The notes under the pieces are model-generated. The model worked only from the letters and a program-made list of their open reading frames with translations. It had not been told where the DNA came from and did no database searches. A stretch of DNA of 52,046 bases, the filler included, from Sphacelaria rigidula (lineage: Eukaryota), in NCBI GenBank assembly GCA_964200075.2. It is 3 parts of 3 records of this genome, joined end to end, with 100 filler letters (N's around TTAATTAATTAA, not from the genome) between each part and the next. Parts side by side here need not be neighbours in the genome. Positions count along the whole stretch, not along the records: positions 34,767 to 52,046 come from CAXNAA020001119.1; 2 more parts are not named here. One strand, given 5' to 3'. Both the position numbers and the translations under genes were made by a program. This document shows, in pieces, positions 48,406 to 52,046 of the stretch (position 1 is the first letter of the stretch; the number at the start of each line of letters is the position of its first letter).

Positions 48406-49585
48406 CCTCGCCAAGCAGTCGTTGTGATATTTTGGCTTATCTACGCTGCAAAAGTCCACGTATCCACGTTGCTGACCCATGTTTCCAACAAAGTAATTTA
48501 CTGATTTCATCTCTTCTGTGTCAATCTCGCTACGACAGTCAATCAAATGTTTCAATTTTCTGTACCCCCTTGCGATCGCCTTTCAAAGGAGGTTTCCGTT
48601 TTCCGTATTTTTGTAGAAAAAAATTCCAAGGCTCGGACGAAATGATGATCCGTCCGGAAATTACTTGATTTAAGTGTATTGATTCATACGGTACGAATCA
48701 ATCCTTACGCTTTGTTTTCAGCGTTGCAACCCAAGTACGCGGAGCCCAGGCACGTGGAATGGCGCAAAAGTTGCGTGGAGACCTGTTTGATCAACGGTCG
48801 ACTTTTTCCTCTCTTTCGATCAACTCAGGCCGAAGAAATTCGGTGACTCGAACCGGCGACGATTCGTCCGAACCGTGAAATCTTCAGTGAACGTTCAACG
48901 ATCGCTGTACTCTCGCGAGCCTCAATCAATTACGGTGAATTTCAACGCACTCTTGCGCGTGCAACTCAACAGTCAACAATTCTCTACTGCAATATGCACA
49001 TAGAAGCAAGCAATCAACTCTCCGATGCGTTCAACCATCCACAGTCAGTGTCACTCCACCATTTCATACCTCACAACATGAACGGAACATAAACATCTTC
49101 TAGGTCTCTCGGAAGATTCCTCCTGGCCGAGGGAGAATTTCGCCTCGCCGTGATTGGGCAGGTCGCTCGAAGACTTGTTTTTTATTCTTTCACTAACACA
49201 GGGTCAACCCTGGGTTAGCGGGAGAGCGGTCCCAGAAGGGTTAATACGATCTGCGGATCACGGCCCAACTCGTCTGTGTCGATGAGATATTGCTTTCAGA
49301 GCTTGAATCCGTTTTTAGGGATGGCCCAGCTCGTATCCAGTTTCCCAATTCCCCATATGCCTGCCGCGGCCCCTAAGTTTCCTTCCTGTGTAGGTTGTAC
49401 ACACCAGTAAAAATCAACCTCATCAACATGATCCTCGTGAATATCAAGTACAGTCTCAAGCGTCTTGCGTATGTTATGAATGATAATCTGTACCGCTCAA
49501 ATTCACCCTCTTTACCAGTATATTTTGGGACCTCGGGTCTAAACCCACCCCTGAAACCTCCACCGTCATACGAAGTACACCCCAT
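48406..49585 (-). mobile_element. Inverted, internally deleted second copy of the copia-like element
   Basis: 49431-49544 is an inverted match to 49640-49754; 48888-49058 to about 50735-50908; 48406-48617 to about 50920-51129. Confidence 0.75.
48620..48886. mobile_element. MITE-like insertion interrupting the inverted copia-like arm
   Basis: Imperfect TIR (..CAAGGCTCGGACGAA / TTCGTCCGAACCGTGAAAT); absent from the partner arm at about 50910. Confidence 0.6.
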
Positions 49586-49612
49586 GCATTGCTACACTAT
49601 CAAAACCGAAGC

Positions 49613-51900
49613 CATGTCCACCCCTTATGGAGGGGGCATGTTTAGACCCGAGGTCCCAAAACACAACAAGAAAAAGGGTGAATTTGAGCGGTACAAACAG
49701 TCATTCATAACATACGCAAGACACTTGAGACTGTACTGGGTTTTCATGAGGGATAATAAAACGAGTCACGTAGGTGACCCAAACGTAGCAACAAAAGAGT
49801 TGGAAATACAACACGGACGAGATGTTGTGAGTGCACACGTATAAGAATGTAACCTATTGTCAACTAGCCTCGTCGAAGAAGTAGACAAAGACATCCTTAT
49901 CAGTGACCATTCACCGCGTGAGGCTTGAGATGCACTCGTGGAAGCAAGGAGCTCAAAGACTCAGGGGCCAGGTTGGCATTGCTAAGCACAATTGACAACG
50001 TCAGTTACCGCGGACATAGACCCAATATCACAATTTGTAGAAGTAGAAAGCATAGCAGGAAGACTGACATGTTACGAGGAATTCTAACCTCCAAACGACT
50101 CCCTAGCTCTATCCAAATTTCTCAATGCGCCTCCTTGCGAATACGAAATACAACGCCAAATGTTGGAGGGAGTAAAGGGGCCATTGCGGAGGGAAGAGGT
50201 GGTGTCCGTGGTGAGGGGGAGGTCCGAGTCTAGCGCTTCCAAGAAGCTACTCGAGAAGGGGTTAGCCAGCGATGGCGCCCTGATCGCGAGGGGACGGTCG
50301 GGCAAAGCCGGCGGCTCGCGCCGCGGTGGAAGGACCCGGGGGCAGAGGCAGGGTGGTGACACTGGTCGAGGTAACGGTGATCAAGGTGAAGATGAGGAGA
50401 GCGATGGCACGAGGTCGACGGCGTCGAGCAGCTCGAGCGACGGTTTTCCACGGGTGCGGTGCCATGTGTGCAGGAAATTGGTGGCGCACAAGGCGCGCGA
50501 GTGTCCACAAAGAACATGTTTCAGGTGTGGAGAGAAAGGACAAGGCGCGGGGAAGTGCAGAGCGGAGGAAGATGCTTCGCTAGATGAGCAAGATGTTGCG
50601 TCAGTGATGGACGAGGCAGGCGGGGATGACTCGTCAGTGCGCAGTGATGCAGATGACGAAGCATTTCAGGTATATTTTTGTTGTGCTCTTGTGTGATTTT
50701 TTTTTGTTTGGATAGGTAGATCGGAAAAAATTAGGAGTGATACTGACTGTGGATGACTGAACGCATCGGGGTGTTGATTGCTTGTGTTCATGTTGTGCAC
50801 ATTGTAGTAGAGAATTGTTGGCTGTTGCGTTGGACGCGCAAGAGTGTGTTGAAATTCTCTGTAGTTGATTGATTGAGGCACGCGAGAGTACAGCGATCGT
50901 TGAACGTTGACTTGAGATTTTCACAAAAGGACGGAAAACGGAAACCTCTGTAGAAGGCGATCGCAAGGGGGGTACAGAAAATTGAAACATTTGATTGACC
51001 GTCATAGCGAGATTGACAGAGAAGAGATGAAATCCACGAATTACTGTAGTGGAAACATGGGTCAGCAACGTGAATACGTAGACTGTTGTAGCGTAGATGA
51101 GCCAGAATATCACGACGAGAGCTTGGCAGCGAAAACATGAGCGCAGAATTTGTTCCGAAAATGACCATAGAAGGTTGCACCGTGAACAATGAAAAACGAT
51201 ATGCGCTGAATTGCGATCATGATGTCGAGTAGCGGCCGGAAAGCTGCCGAGAGAGTAGCGTAAGAAGATATTCTCATGTTTTGGTGAGTACACCGGTAGA
51301 GTACGTTGGACTAGTGACTGTAGAAGGGTTGAGAGTGCTAGAGCACCGATTTTTTTCTCAACCAATGTGCAAGCAGTTGAGTCATGGACTCTTCTAGTTG
51401 CACGCGTACCACAAGTGGTTCGATTGACTGTAGTTGATTGACAGTAGGAACAAAACGCCAAGAAAGTACGGTGATCAGTGAAGGTCGGCTGAAAAATTAT
51501 CGCAGGGCCAGTGACTCGAAAATTATGACCAAACGGAAAGCGAACGCGAAGGGGTACGGTAATTGTTTTTTTTCTTTTCGATTGACTGTTGTTGTAACGA
51601 ACGCAAAATGCAGGACATGATGAAATCCGGTGGACTGTTGTGGCGTGAGCAATCTTGAAAATACGATGATGTGTAAGCGCTGCGAAAACATGAGGACAGT
51701 ACATGATTCCAAAAAATTATGGAGGAGTGCACCCCAGGTAGAGATATGAAACGACATGCGCTGCCTTTCAGTCACGGAGTTGAATAACGGCAGGACGAAT
51801 TGCCAAAAGTACAGTAGGATATTTTTGTAGGAGATGCAAAAATGTGACAGCAAGAGATGTCGAGATTATATTTTTAAGCGGGTGATGTTGATGGAAGTTA
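49613..51900 (+). mobile_element. Decayed copia-like LTR retrotransposon: gag pseudogene with two zinc knuckles plus eroded downstream region
   Basis: MSTPYGGGMFRPEVPK..GEFERYKQSF N-terminus, in-frame stops and frameshifts, Gly/Arg-rich linker, CHVCRKLVAHKAREC and CFRCGEKGQGAGKC knuckles. Downstream VILTVDD may be an RT remnant (weak). No LTRs identified. Confidence 0.7.
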
Positions 51901-52046
51901 AGAATACCTATCTGCTGCGCGAGAGATCGTGTCTACAGTAACCCTTTCCCTTGTTTTGAAAAAAAAGGGGGGGGGGGGGGGGGGGGGGGGTGGTTGTGTG
52001 TGGGAGGGGGGGTGGGGGGGGTGGGGAGGTTTGTTGGTATTTGTGT

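Noticed and set aside
48406..51129. DIRS-type element with inverted terminal repeats
   Set aside because: The inverted arms are internal gag and downstream sequence rather than termini, and no tyrosine recombinase motif was seen.
50634..51704. 356-aa minus-strand ORF
   Set aside because: Antisense to the decayed retroelement, no recognisable domain, and its inverted homolog at 48.4-49.1 kb is interrupted.

Overview
Eukaryotic, intron- and repeat-rich DNA, most likely from a photosynthetic stramenopile such as a brown alga (inferred from a plastid stromal processing peptidase, long introns and MITE/SINE-rich introns). The window is three probably unrelated contigs (1-17284, 17385-34666, 34767-52046) joined by 100-bp N/TTAATTAATTAA spacers in descending length order. 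Most listed ORFs are spurious; I rebuilt three spliced genes by hand from splice sites and phase. (1) A FAR-17a/AIG1 (rolling-stone-like) membrane protein on +, about 5.1-16.3 kb, with the candidate catalytic Thr on a 25-nt micro-exon. (2) A partial calpain-like gene on + whose catalytic His and Asn positions read Ala and Asp, so probably a pseudoprotease. (3) A partial M16 stromal processing peptidase on -, with an HLVEH motif and 7 exons. Introns hold many non-autonomous transposons (hAT-like, P/hAT-like, piggyBac-like, a TGT-ended element with a 5-bp TSD nested in a MITE), tRNA-derived SINEs, a foldback, and a decayed copia-like element arranged head-to-head as a large imperfect palindrome. 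I found no CRISPR array, rRNA or bona fide tRNA, and I cannot support a claim of a wholly new system.
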